From contig JAFYHT010000061.1 of the NCBI GenBank assembly GCA_017539025.1, positions 5,211 to 69,210 on the forward strand: a DNA stretch of 64,000 bases, in the 5' to 3' direction. This document shows, piece by piece, positions 1 to 8,023 of the stretch. A model generated the notes under the pieces. The model ran no database searches. It was not told the origin of the DNA and saw only the letters and a program-made list of their open reading frames with translations. The DNA is from Erysipelotrichaceae bacterium. GTDB taxonomy: Bacteria > Bacillota_I > Bacilli_A > Erysipelotrichales > Erysipelotrichaceae. Position numbers and translations under genes: made by a program. Positions within the stretch are counted from its first letter, which is position 1. Each line of letters opens with the position of its first letter.

Positions 1-22
1 TTTTAGGATATATAATTAAACC

Positions 23-502
23 ATGAAAAAGAATCAGAAAATCGCATTTTTATCAATAGGCATTGCCCTATATGTCGTTTTATCAGCCTTTGTAATCATT
101 CCTATCATCAACAGGATCAAACTGGATCTGGGATATATCGTATTTGGTTTGTATCTCAATGCCTTTGGTATCCCGGCAACGGTTGTAGGAGTATTGGGAT
201 GTATCCTGGGCAATCTTCTAAAGGGTGGATCTTTTCGTATCGCCTGGCCGATCGGACAGGCCTTTATCGGATTATCTTTAGGATATCTTCTTCCTAAGAC
301 GAAGAACATCTGGCTAAAGATTCTATACTCCATCATTTCTGTATTCATTGGTATCGCAGTGATCAAAACACTCATCGAAGTTGCGATGTATCAGTTCCCA
401 TTAGGTCTCAAGTTCTCCAGCAATCTCGTTGCTTTTATTGCCGATGTTATTCCGTTCATCATCGGTATCCTGTTGAATCAGAAGATCAAGATAATCAGAT
501 AA
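23..502 (+). CDS. Small polytopic membrane protein, possibly an ECF-transporter S (substrate-capture) component
   Basis: 159-aa ORF with ATG start and ~5-6 hydrophobic helices. Size and topology fit ECF S components. ORF 34..375(-) is its mirror frame. The family assignment is a guess. Confidence 0.45.
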   Translation: MKKNQKIAFLSIGIALYVVLSAFVIIPIINRIKLDLGYIVFGLYLNAFGIPATVVGVLGCILGNLLKGGSFRIAWPIGQAFIGLSLGYLLPKTKNIWLKILYSIISVFIGIAVIKTLIEVAMYQFPLGLKFSSNLVAFIADVIPFIIGILLNQKIKIIR

Positions 503-604
503 AAGATAATCTGATCGCATTTGGTTTTTTATAAAGGAAACTAGAACATTCGAATATTTATTAATAATCCAAAGTTTTGTTTTTATGAATAGAGACCATA
601 AGAA

Positions 605-628
605 AAGACAGCTTTTTTGAACTGTCTT
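605..628 (-). terminator. Weak stem-loop downstream of the GlsB-like gene
   Basis: AAGACAG (605-611) pairs with CTGTCTT (622-628) across a 10-nt loop. The minus strand continues TTCTTAT. Confidence 0.35.
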
Positions 629-646
629 CCCTGTAAAACCTTATGA

Positions 647-883
647 TTATTTCTTCAATGTCCTGTATAAAGCGACAACGACACAGGCACCGATGATCGA
701 AACGATTGCTTCAGAAATGATCGAGTTGCTGGAGAAACCAAGCAGACCAAACAGCAAAGTTCCGACAAAACCGCCCGCCATACCAAGCAAGAGATAAAGG
801 TACCAAGGTCCCTGAAGATTCATCAGTTTTGCGGCAACATAGCCAAATGCAGCGCTAAACGCTAAAGATATGATTAATCCCAT
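647..883 (-). CDS. GlsB/YeaQ/YmgE-family small stress-response membrane protein
   Basis: 78 aa with a Gly-rich three-helix pattern (MGLIISL..GMAGGFVGTLLFGLLGF..IIGACVVVALYR) typical of the transglycosylase-associated/GlsB family. Confidence 0.8.
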   Translation of the reverse strand: MGLIISLAFSAAFGYVAAKLMNLQGPWYLYLLLGMAGGFVGTLLFGLLGFSSNSIISEAIVSIIGACVVVALYRTLKK

Positions 884-940
884 TCAGTCAAGCTCCTTTC
901 TGTCAAACATGATTATACACCAATTTTTCCAATATCAACA

Positions 941-1765
941 TCAGTTGGACCACTGAATGATCGTTGTAAATAACGTCAAAGCAGCAGTGATGATGTTTGC
1001 GATCAGGGTATAAAGGAAAGTCTTCCACTTCTTATGTCCCTTCATTGCGATCATATAGATGACCAGTTCAATGATGAATACCGCCAGTTCGCCGATCGGA
1101 AACATCAACAACCAGACCAAAGCTCCGGCATAATAATCGAAAAACATCAGTACGGCATTTAATATCACCTGGGTGATGATATTGGCAATGATGATGACTC
1201 TTCTTTCCTTCTTGGAACGATATCCCATCAGATAGGCGATGCCATATTCGATCAGGATCGTTAAGATCACCCTCAATAAGAAATAGAACAGCTGTCTTCC
1301 CAGACGGGCATCTTCCTTGATCCCGAGACCCTCTTGAAGGAAATCGATCGTAAAATAAGAATCGAATGCTTCCTTTTTGACGATATCGGAAACGATGATT
1401 GAAGCGTCTTCCAGATAGACCGCTACTTTAAACTCATCCGGTGGATAATATGACCAGTAAAACTCATCCTTGCCTTCCATATTCACATGATTTCCCAAGA
1501 AACAGAAACCATCCTTGTCTTGATAATTCGCAAAGGCAATGAAAGCTTCGTCCTTATCACTCATATCGATCTCACTCTGTTCGATCTTGTGCCACGGTCC
1601 AAAACTCTCTTCTTTCGAAAGAAGTGTCATATAGTAGACTCCTTCCGGAGGATTCTTGACCTGAATCGTCACCGAAGGCTTGGGACCGACATCCGCATCA
1701 AGAGGCCTGCTTGTTAAAAGCAGGAAGCCGATCACCAGTAATAACAAGAGATTCTTCTTTTTCAT
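941..1765 (-). CDS. Hypothetical membrane protein (signal peptide, ~150-aa extracytoplasmic domain, 4 C-terminal TM helices)
   Basis: ATG at 1765 (MKKKNLLLLLVIGF..) follows the TGA of the upstream gene in TGAGTATG. The track start 1771 is a TTG. No family recognised. Confidence 0.7.
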   Translation of the reverse strand: MKKKNLLLLLVIGFLLLTSRPLDADVGPKPSVTIQVKNPPEGVYYMTLLSKEESFGPWHKIEQSEIDMSDKDEAFIAFANYQDKDGFCFLGNHVNMEGKDEFYWSYYPPDEFKVAVYLEDASIIVSDIVKKEAFDSYFTIDFLQEGLGIKEDARLGRQLFYFLLRVILTILIEYGIAYLMGYRSKKERRVIIIANIITQVILNAVLMFFDYYAGALVWLLMFPIGELAVFIIELVIYMIAMKGHKKWKTFLYTLIANIITAALTLFTTIIQWSN

Positions 1766-1767
1766 AC

Positions 1768-1974
1768 TCAACCCTTATAAAAGCGATAGATCAAAGCCAT
1801 CACGAAATTACCCATCAGATAAGACAAAGCACAACAGATCACAAAATACAATACCTGTGCCTGAACGACTTTACCCTGTTTGATGAAACGGTTGAAATCC
1901 AATCCGCTCATCCCAAACATCGCCATCAGGAAACAACAGAAATAGATCGCGACTCTGATATAAAACTCAATCAT
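1768..1974 (-). CDS. DUF1146 (YwzB-like) small membrane protein
   Basis: ~68 aa with two TM helices flanking ..DFNRFIKQGKVVQAQVLYFVI.., as in Bacillus YwzB-type proteins. ATG at 1974 overlaps the nagA-like stop by 8 nt. Confidence 0.6.
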   Translation of the reverse strand: MIEFYIRVAIYFCCFLMAMFGMSGLDFNRFIKQGKVVQAQVLYFVICCALSYLMGNFVMALIYRFYKG

Positions 1975-3106
1975 AGACAAACTTTCCTTTCACATAGACA
2001 TTCCTGATATTGAGATCATCATCCATGATGACAAGATCTGCATACTTGCCTTTTTCTAATGTTCCATACTTCTTATCTAAACCATAGAAACGGAAAGCAT
2101 TCAGACTGGAATACATCAACAGATCACAATACTTGGCACCCAGTTCATATAACACTTTCATCTCATCATTGATCGAAACCACGCTGCCTGCATAATGTCC
2201 GTCATGAGAAATGAATTTCGTTCCCTTCTTGGTACACTTCTTGGAGATGAATTCGTATTCTCCATCCGGAAGATTTCTGGCAATCGAGGAATCACTTACC
2301 AGGATGATCTTATCCTTATCTATGTTATTCAAGACAAGCTTCAATACATTCCTGTCCACGTGATTGCCATCTGAGATCAGTTCGCAATACCATCTGTTCA
2401 TAAACGCACAGTTGACCAGTGTGATATCCCTGTGATGAAGACTTCTCATCGCATTGAACAGGTGCGTGAAGCCATCCACATTTTCATCGAGATCTTCATA
2501 TACCGCATCGGAATGTCCACACATGACTCTGACTCCATGATCATGTAATAATTGTCCGATTTCTTTCACTCCATCAAGTTCATAGGCAACCGTCATCTGC
2601 CTGATCTTTGAGGATGTATCCAAGAACTTTCTCACCATCTCAATATCCGGCTTCAGGAACTTGTCGGGATCTCCCATACCCAGATGTTTGGGATTGAGGT
2701 ATGGTCCTTCGATATGGATCCCCTGATATCGGACTGATGATCCTTCATAGGCATCCAATACCTTCAATTGTTCGATCAGTTCTTCCGGAGACAGATCATA
2801 AGTCAAAGACGCAAGAAAACTCGTCGTGCCATCTTTTGAAAATTCATCGCAGATCTGATCCAACTCTTGCTTTGTGGAAGTATCAAATGCCATCCTCTTG
2901 ACCCCATGGGTATGGGTATCAAAGAAACCGGGCATAACTAAAGAACCTTTCAGATCGATCTGCTTTGTCTCTTCATCAATACTTTTTATCTTATCTGTCT
3001 GGGGATAGACTTCTCTGATAATCTCATCCTCTATCAGCAATGCCCCATCCAGATACTCTCTGTTTCCATCTACGACCAGATGGGCATGACTGAGCAGGAT
3101 CTTCAT
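1967..3106 (-). CDS. nagA: N-acetylglucosamine-6-phosphate deacetylase family amidohydrolase (paralogue 1 of 3)
   Basis: 379 aa with metal motif PGFFDTHTHG, HIEGPYLNP and later His/Asp motifs of NagA-type amidohydrolases. Which paralogue is the true GlcNAc-6-P enzyme is unknown. Confidence 0.75.
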   Translation of the reverse strand: MKILLSHAHLVVDGNREYLDGALLIEDEIIREVYPQTDKIKSIDEETKQIDLKGSLVMPGFFDTHTHGVKRMAFDTSTKQELDQICDEFSKDGTTSFLASLTYDLSPEELIEQLKVLDAYEGSSVRYQGIHIEGPYLNPKHLGMGDPDKFLKPDIEMVRKFLDTSSKIRQMTVAYELDGVKEIGQLLHDHGVRVMCGHSDAVYEDLDENVDGFTHLFNAMRSLHHRDITLVNCAFMNRWYCELISDGNHVDRNVLKLVLNNIDKDKIILVSDSSIARNLPDGEYEFISKKCTKKGTKFISHDGHYAGSVVSINDEMKVLYELGAKYCDLLMYSSLNAFRFYGLDKKYGTLEKGKYADLVIMDDDLNIRNVYVKGKFVYD

Positions 3107-4723
3107 TTATTTTGCTCCAATCGCATTGATCAGACCAGGAAGCAGCTGTTTCTTTCTGGAAACCAGTCCATTGACGAAACCATCCTTGTCCAAAGCGAAT
3201 GCTTCTTTGACGACTCTTCTTCTGGCACCTGCTGATAAGACATAAGAACCGGAACCGTTTGGATTTGTCAACATGATGGCCATCAGATCGTAACCTCCGG
3301 TCTTGCAGGAATCTTCCAGATACTTGCTTAAGTCATTCTTGAGGGCATCGTATTCCATCTTGGACTTACATACCGCCTGTGAGAGACCGACTTTGTTGCC
3401 ATCAATATTGAACTCCTTGAAGTCGTTGTATACGATCTCGATATGTCTCTTGTTGAGCAGTGATTCACTGTGATCGATCAGGCCTTTTGATATTACGTCT
3501 GCTGTTACTCCACAGATCTTTTCAAGTTTTCTCGCGGTATCGATATCAAGCTGCGTCGTCGTCGGTGATCTGAAGTTCATCGTATCGGAAACGATGGCAC
3601 CTAACAAGATACCGGCCAGGTTCTTGCTTAACTTAAGTTTTTCATCAAAGAACTTATTGGAAACGATCGTTGCAGTAGCACCTACCGGCATCGTCGTGAT
3701 ATTGATCGGATTATCCGACTTGAAACCGCCAAATCTGTGATGATCCACGATCTCTAAAACAACACCTTCTTCGATATCATCGATCGCCTGTTTCTTTTCG
3801 TTGTGGTCAACTAAGATCAGCTGTTTCTTCTGATAGTTGAACAGATGATAACGGGAGATCGCACCGACGACCTTGCCCTCATTATCCAGAACCGGATAAG
3901 ATCTGTGACGGGATTTGGCGATCTTCTTGGAAGCCTCATCGATCGTATCATTGATATTGAAGTAATCGATCTTCTCCTTTGGGATCATGATGTTTTCGAT
4001 TGCCGGAGTCTGATAGATCAGACGGGTGATCGATAATGGCGTCAATTCAGTCGTGACGATGGTCGCTTCGGCATCCTTTGCCATTGAAAGGATATGTCTT
4101 GGGATCGGAGATGATGTACATACCACCAACATCGTAGCGCCAAGTTCCAGGCAATACTGCATCTTGTCGGCCTCGTTTCTCAAAAGGACGATGGAATCAT
4201 CTTCAACATTGGACTTCAACGACGGGAACATATGCATCTTGCCGGACAGCTGATGGGTTCCTCTTAAGACCAGGGTACCTTCCAGGATCCTGACGATATC
4301 ATCGACCTCGATCGCACGGATGATCTTCTCGAGTTGCGCATCGGTCTTGGTCCACATATAAGTCAGATCATCCAAAGTGACGATGCCTTCCAGATGTTTT
4401 CTCTTATCCGTGACGATGAGACCCCTATTCTTCAGCTTCAGGATCTTGTCCAGAGCTTCCTTCATCGTCATCTCTTTATTGGCCATGGCCGCCTTATCCA
4501 TCTCGATCTCCTTCAGAATAGACTTGGCGGTATAAAGACGCTGTGGATCCTCATAACCGAATTTTTCCAGAAGATATTCTGTCTCGGAAGAGACCGAACC
4601 GACTCTTCCCGCAACGGCATCGAATCCTTTCTCTCTCTTGTACTCAGCATAGGCAATCGCTGAAACGATCGCATCCGTATCCGGATTCTTATGGCCTACG
4701 ACATAAATGGGGTTTCTCTTCAT
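3107..4723 (-). CDS. ppaC: CBS-domain-containing family II (Mn-dependent) inorganic pyrophosphatase (DHH-CBS-DRTGG-DHHA2)
   Basis: 538 aa. N-terminal DHH signature is VVGHKNPDTDAIVSA, with a central CBS/DRTGG insert, then LVDHNE and a DHHA2-like C-terminus. ATGA overlap with the upstream gene. Confidence 0.75.
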   Translation of the reverse strand: MKRNPIYVVGHKNPDTDAIVSAIAYAEYKREKGFDAVAGRVGSVSSETEYLLEKFGYEDPQRLYTAKSILKEIEMDKAAMANKEMTMKEALDKILKLKNRGLIVTDKRKHLEGIVTLDDLTYMWTKTDAQLEKIIRAIEVDDIVRILEGTLVLRGTHQLSGKMHMFPSLKSNVEDDSIVLLRNEADKMQYCLELGATMLVVCTSSPIPRHILSMAKDAEATIVTTELTPLSITRLIYQTPAIENIMIPKEKIDYFNINDTIDEASKKIAKSRHRSYPVLDNEGKVVGAISRYHLFNYQKKQLILVDHNEKKQAIDDIEEGVVLEIVDHHRFGGFKSDNPINITTMPVGATATIVSNKFFDEKLKLSKNLAGILLGAIVSDTMNFRSPTTTQLDIDTARKLEKICGVTADVISKGLIDHSESLLNKRHIEIVYNDFKEFNIDGNKVGLSQAVCKSKMEYDALKNDLSKYLEDSCKTGGYDLMAIMLTNPNGSGSYVLSAGARRRVVKEAFALDKDGFVNGLVSRKKQLLPGLINAIGAK

Positions 4724-5325
4724 TGTAAAGCCTCCTCAATTTCCTTTAAGCTGATCGGGCCTTCCCTTAACAGCTTTATCTCATCACCAGTCACATCAAT
4801 GATCGTGCTGGCACATTCTCCTCTTGCATCCTCACATACGATCCCGTTGATCTTGTTTTTCATTGAAGCGTAGACATCTTCCCACTTCAACAAAGATCTA
4901 TCACCCGAGATATTGGCACTGGTCACCATCAAAGGTCTTCCAAGATCTGCGATCAGATCAAGGACGAACTCATCATCCGGGATACGTATTCCGATCGTAT
5001 CCTTTCCCTTGGTGACATAGTCTTCCACATTATCTTTCTTTCTGAATACCAGAGTTAAAGCACCGGGAGTAAATCTCTCTACGATCTTTTCCGCTTTTTC
5101 ACTTACATATGCGTACTCTTTGATCATCTCAAGAGAATCACACATCATCGGCAAAGCCTTCTCAAAACTCCTGCCTTTGGCCGCATAAACCTTATCGATC
5201 GCCTTTTCATTTACGATACAAGCCAGGCCAAAAACGGTATCTGTCGGGAAAGCCAAAATCCCCCCGTGAATCAATGACTTGATTATTTTCTTCTTATCCA
5301 TCTTTGAAAACAGGATGGTCTTCAT
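4720..5325 (-). CDS. tsaC: L-threonylcarbamoyladenylate synthase (TsaC/YwlC/Sua5 family, short form)
   Basis: 201 aa with ..GGILAFPTDTVFGLAC.., AAKGRSFEKALPMM, and SAN.SG near the C-terminus, as in the YrdC/Sua5 fold. Confidence 0.75.
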   Translation of the reverse strand: MKTILFSKMDKKKIIKSLIHGGILAFPTDTVFGLACIVNEKAIDKVYAAKGRSFEKALPMMCDSLEMIKEYAYVSEKAEKIVERFTPGALTLVFRKKDNVEDYVTKGKDTIGIRIPDDEFVLDLIADLGRPLMVTSANISGDRSLLKWEDVYASMKNKINGIVCEDARGECASTIIDVTGDEIKLLREGPISLKEIEEALQ

Positions 5326-5424
5326 ATACTCTCATTATAACTGACTTGAACTGAAAATGCCTCTTTAATGAAATATAATAAAGATAGAAATTCACAAGTT
5401 GATCATACAAAGAAAGGACGAACC

Positions 5425-6357
5425 ATGCAGATAAAACTGGAAGAAGTCATAGAAGCCATCGACAAGACCGATGTTGAAACTCAATACTACTACTATATCC
5501 CGGAAGAAAGGATCATCATCAAAGATGATGACAGCATCAAAGACAAGTACCTGATCCCTCTTCCAAGCCATAAACAGATCGACGATTACGGAACGATGAA
5601 AAACTTCATTGAAGACCTCGATGATGAAGAAGCACAAGGGTGGCTTGCAGAAGCGATCAAAGGTGCCGGTGCCTTCAGAAGATTCCGTTCAACACTGGAA
5701 CGTTTCGGCATCACGGTGAAGTGGTATTCCTATCTGGAAGAAGCACATGAAAGCATCGCCATCGACTGGTGTGAATACTACGGGATCGAGTATCTCGAGA
5801 ATTCTCCTTTCCAGCCTGTTTCAACAAATAAAGAAACACCACTACCGAAAGCAGATAAAAAACACAATTACCGTTTCATCATCATCGACAAGGATAACGC
5901 TTATTCCCTTGCATATCTGGTCGTCGACTTCCGCAAAGCTCTACATAAGCTGACAGACTCCAATATTACGATCGACGTCGATGAAGCTGTTGAGGAGCTG
6001 AGATATTACCTGGATAAGAAATACCCGATCTATGCGATCTCCGATAACGGCAGATATATCGGCTATTGTGTCTGCAAGATCGAAGATGATGTGGTGTGGC
6101 TGGAATCGATCTATGTCAGACCGGAATACAGAAGAAAAGGTGTCGGCAAGATGTTGTTTGAAAAAGCAGAATCCGTCGCCAAAGAATATGGCAACTCTAC
6201 ACTCTATCAATACGTCCACCCGAATAACGATAATATGCTGAACTTCTTAAAAAGAAATGGCTATGATGTATTGAATCTCATTGAGATCAGAAAAGCCTAT
6301 GAAGGCGAAGAAAACAAGACGACCTACACGATAGGTGATCATGAATACAAGTACTAG
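5425..6357 (+). CDS. UPF0158-domain / GNAT N-acetyltransferase fusion protein
   Basis: N-terminal half has the UPF0158 hallmark ..AIKGAGAFRRFRSTLERFGI..WY.. The C-terminal half has the GNAT acetyl-CoA motif YVRPEYRRKGVGKMLF. ATG at 5425 has AAAGGA 6 nt upstream; the track start 5368 has no SD. Confidence 0.7.
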   Translation: MQIKLEEVIEAIDKTDVETQYYYYIPEERIIIKDDDSIKDKYLIPLPSHKQIDDYGTMKNFIEDLDDEEAQGWLAEAIKGAGAFRRFRSTLERFGITVKWYSYLEEAHESIAIDWCEYYGIEYLENSPFQPVSTNKETPLPKADKKHNYRFIIIDKDNAYSLAYLVVDFRKALHKLTDSNITIDVDEAVEELRYYLDKKYPIYAISDNGRYIGYCVCKIEDDVVWLESIYVRPEYRRKGVGKMLFEKAESVAKEYGNSTLYQYVHPNNDNMLNFLKRNGYDVLNLIEIRKAYEGEENKTTYTIGDHEYKY

Positions 6358-6369
6358 GAGGTAGAAGAA

Positions 6370-7218
6370 ATGCTGATCAGTGAAGTCATACAATCCGTCA
6401 AAGACTACTGCAAAGGTTCCTGGTTGGGAATGAAGATCGATGATACAAAGACAAGAGACAAAGTCCTCTATGGCGATACCGACAAAGAATGTACAGGCAT
6501 TGTCACCACGATCTATGCCTCTGTCAACGTCATTGAAAAAACTCATGAACTTGGCGCCAATCTGATCATTGCCCACGAAGCACTGTTGTGGAACAGAGGC
6601 GACCACAGGGAATGGCTGGAAGAATCTCAAAACAAGACATATCTTGCCAAAAAGAAACTCATGGATGACTATGGGATCACTGTATGGAGATTCCATGACT
6701 ACATCCATTCCGGCATCCCGCATAAAGACGGCTACATCGATGGCATCTTCTATGGACTTGCCCAAGAGACCGGATGGGATGATGCGATCATCAACGAAGA
6801 CATCTCAGGTGCTGTCTATCTGGAATGCGAACCAACAACTCCAAGACAGGTAGCGAAGCTCATCAAAGAAAAATGGAACCTCACCGGTATGAAATGTATA
6901 GGCAACATGGATGCCAAAGTCACCAAGATCCTGGTTTGCGGACACGTTCAGGAAGGCGGAGATTCCAATACATTGATCAAGAGGGTCGATAAAGAAGACA
7001 TCAATCTTCTCTTGCCGTTGGAACTGATCGACTATACATTGACCGAATATATCAAAGACTCAGGAGAACTGGGCTTTGACAGGGCTATCCTGGCACCGGG
7101 ACACTTCAACCTGGAAGAACCCGGCATGAAATACATGGAAAAATGGATCGATAATGCCCTAAAGCAACACATTCCTACCACCTTCGTCCAAGCCGGAGAC
7201 ATGTATACATTCCTATAA
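6370..7218 (+). CDS. NIF3-family (dinuclear metal centre / GTP cyclohydrolase I type 2-like) protein
   Basis: 282 aa, AGGAGG SD. Contains ..GANLIIAHEAL.., RFHDYIH, GHFNLEEPGM, a layout like NIF3/YqfO proteins. Confidence 0.6.
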   Translation: MLISEVIQSVKDYCKGSWLGMKIDDTKTRDKVLYGDTDKECTGIVTTIYASVNVIEKTHELGANLIIAHEALLWNRGDHREWLEESQNKTYLAKKKLMDDYGITVWRFHDYIHSGIPHKDGYIDGIFYGLAQETGWDDAIINEDISGAVYLECEPTTPRQVAKLIKEKWNLTGMKCIGNMDAKVTKILVCGHVQEGGDSNTLIKRVDKEDINLLLPLELIDYTLTEYIKDSGELGFDRAILAPGHFNLEEPGMKYMEKWIDNALKQHIPTTFVQAGDMYTFL

Positions 7219-7247
7219 AAATGATATCTATCCGGAATCATTTGTAC

Positions 7248-7253
7248 TATAAT
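7248..7253 (+). promoter_or_regulatory. Candidate -10 box (TATAAT) for the tRNA-Ala gene
   Basis: A perfect TATAAT lies 13 nt upstream of tRNA position 1. The -35 (TATCTA at 17 nt) is weak. Confidence 0.35.
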
Positions 7254-7266
7254 AGATTCCGGAGAT

Positions 7267-7342
7267 GGGGCTTTAGCTCAGCTGGCAGAGCGCATGGTTC
7301 GCAATCATGAGGTCACCGGTTCGATCCCGGCAAGCTCCACCA
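7267..7342 (+). tRNA. tRNA-Ala (anticodon CGC)
   Basis: 76-nt cloverleaf. Acceptor GGGGCTT/AAGCTCC carries the G3:U70 Ala identity pair. D stem is GCTC/GAGC, anticodon loop TTCGCAA, T loop TTCGATC, and CCA is encoded. One A49-C65 mismatch in the T stem. Confidence 0.9.
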
Positions 7343-7351
7343 TGGTATATT

Positions 7352-7397
7352 AAAATGCTCTGAAATACGATAAAATAAGGGTTTTAGAGCATTTTTT
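7352..7397 (+). terminator. Rho-independent terminator after the tRNA
   Basis: AAAATGCTCT...AGAGCATTTT stem followed by a T-run. Confidence 0.6.
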
Positions 7398-7401
7398 ATT
7401 G

Positions 7402-7461
7402 AATGTGGTTGATGATTTTAACCACATTTTTATATAATAAATGTGGTAAAAAAGTGTGGTT
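7402..7461 (+). promoter_or_regulatory. Sigma-A-type promoter ringed by four TGTGGT motifs (candidate operator)
   Basis: -35 TTGATG (7409-7414), 18-nt spacer, -10 TATAAT (7433-7438). TGTGGT lies at 7404-7409(+), 7421-7426(-), 7442-7447(+) and 7455-7460(+). The first two form a perfect 9-bp inverted repeat, AATGTGGTT/AACCACATT. Confidence 0.45.
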
Positions 7462-7558
7462 AATCTATCATGAAAGCAACAATTAGAACTAATCCAATCC
7501 TGATCTGAGGTCAATAGAAAATATTGATGGCAAAGAAAGAAAAAGAGAATTCTTTTCC

Positions 7559-7948
7559 ATGTCTCCCGAAGATGCGTACAACCTGATAAAAGCTATTGCC
7601 GAAATCAATGGCATGACTGACAAACTTAAAAAGTGGCCAAAATCAGAAGATGATAAAAAGAATGAAAAAGAAGTACAAAAAGCCATCCAAAGAGGAAAGC
7701 CTTTGGATTTTGAAGAATTAGATATTAGACCTGGAGAAATGGTAGAACTCTGGCACCATAATAAACCCGTAGCATCATGTGAAGTTGTAGATAATAAACA
7801 TGTTAAATACGAAGGCGAAATACAGAGTTTAACCAGCGTTGTAAAAACAAAACTAGGAATCAAGTCTCCTGCTGGACCAGATTACTTTAAATTCAACGGC
7901 AGATGGTTAAACGACATCAGAAGAGAGAAAGGGCTCATTAACTTCTAA
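7559..7948 (+). CDS. Hypothetical small protein; C-terminal half resembles a RAMA/Mrr_N-type DNA-binding module
   Basis: 129 aa. ..ASCEVVDNKHVKYEGEIQSLTSVVKTKLGIKSPAGPDYFKFNGRWLNDIR.. fits the 'A.v..dg.v.y.G..y.S.s.aa....g....nG...W' pattern, recalled from memory only. No clear SD. The mirror ORF 7489..7863(-) is low-complexity. Confidence 0.45.
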   Translation: MSPEDAYNLIKAIAEINGMTDKLKKWPKSEDDKKNEKEVQKAIQRGKPLDFEELDIRPGEMVELWHHNKPVASCEVVDNKHVKYEGEIQSLTSVVKTKLGIKSPAGPDYFKFNGRWLNDIRREKGLINF

Positions 7949-8023
7949 TAAGAAAAAGGCTGTAACGAAACCTCCCAATCATAGGAAGATTCATAATTAC
8001 GGCCTTTTATTTTATTAACGTTT

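Noticed and set aside
7402-7461. Reading the TGTGGT cluster as DnaA boxes or a replication origin (TGTGGTTAA and TTAACCACA are one mismatch from TGTGGATAA/TTATCCACA).
   Set aside because: No copy is an exact DnaA box, there is no dnaA/dnaN or AT-rich unwinding element context, and gene orientation does not switch here. A promoter or operator is the simpler reading.
7489-7863. The minus-strand 124-aa ORF overlapping 7559..7948.
   Set aside because: It has a Ser/Leu/Phe-rich low-complexity sequence, no SD, and is the mirror frame of the plus-strand ORF, which carries a recognisable domain-like pattern.
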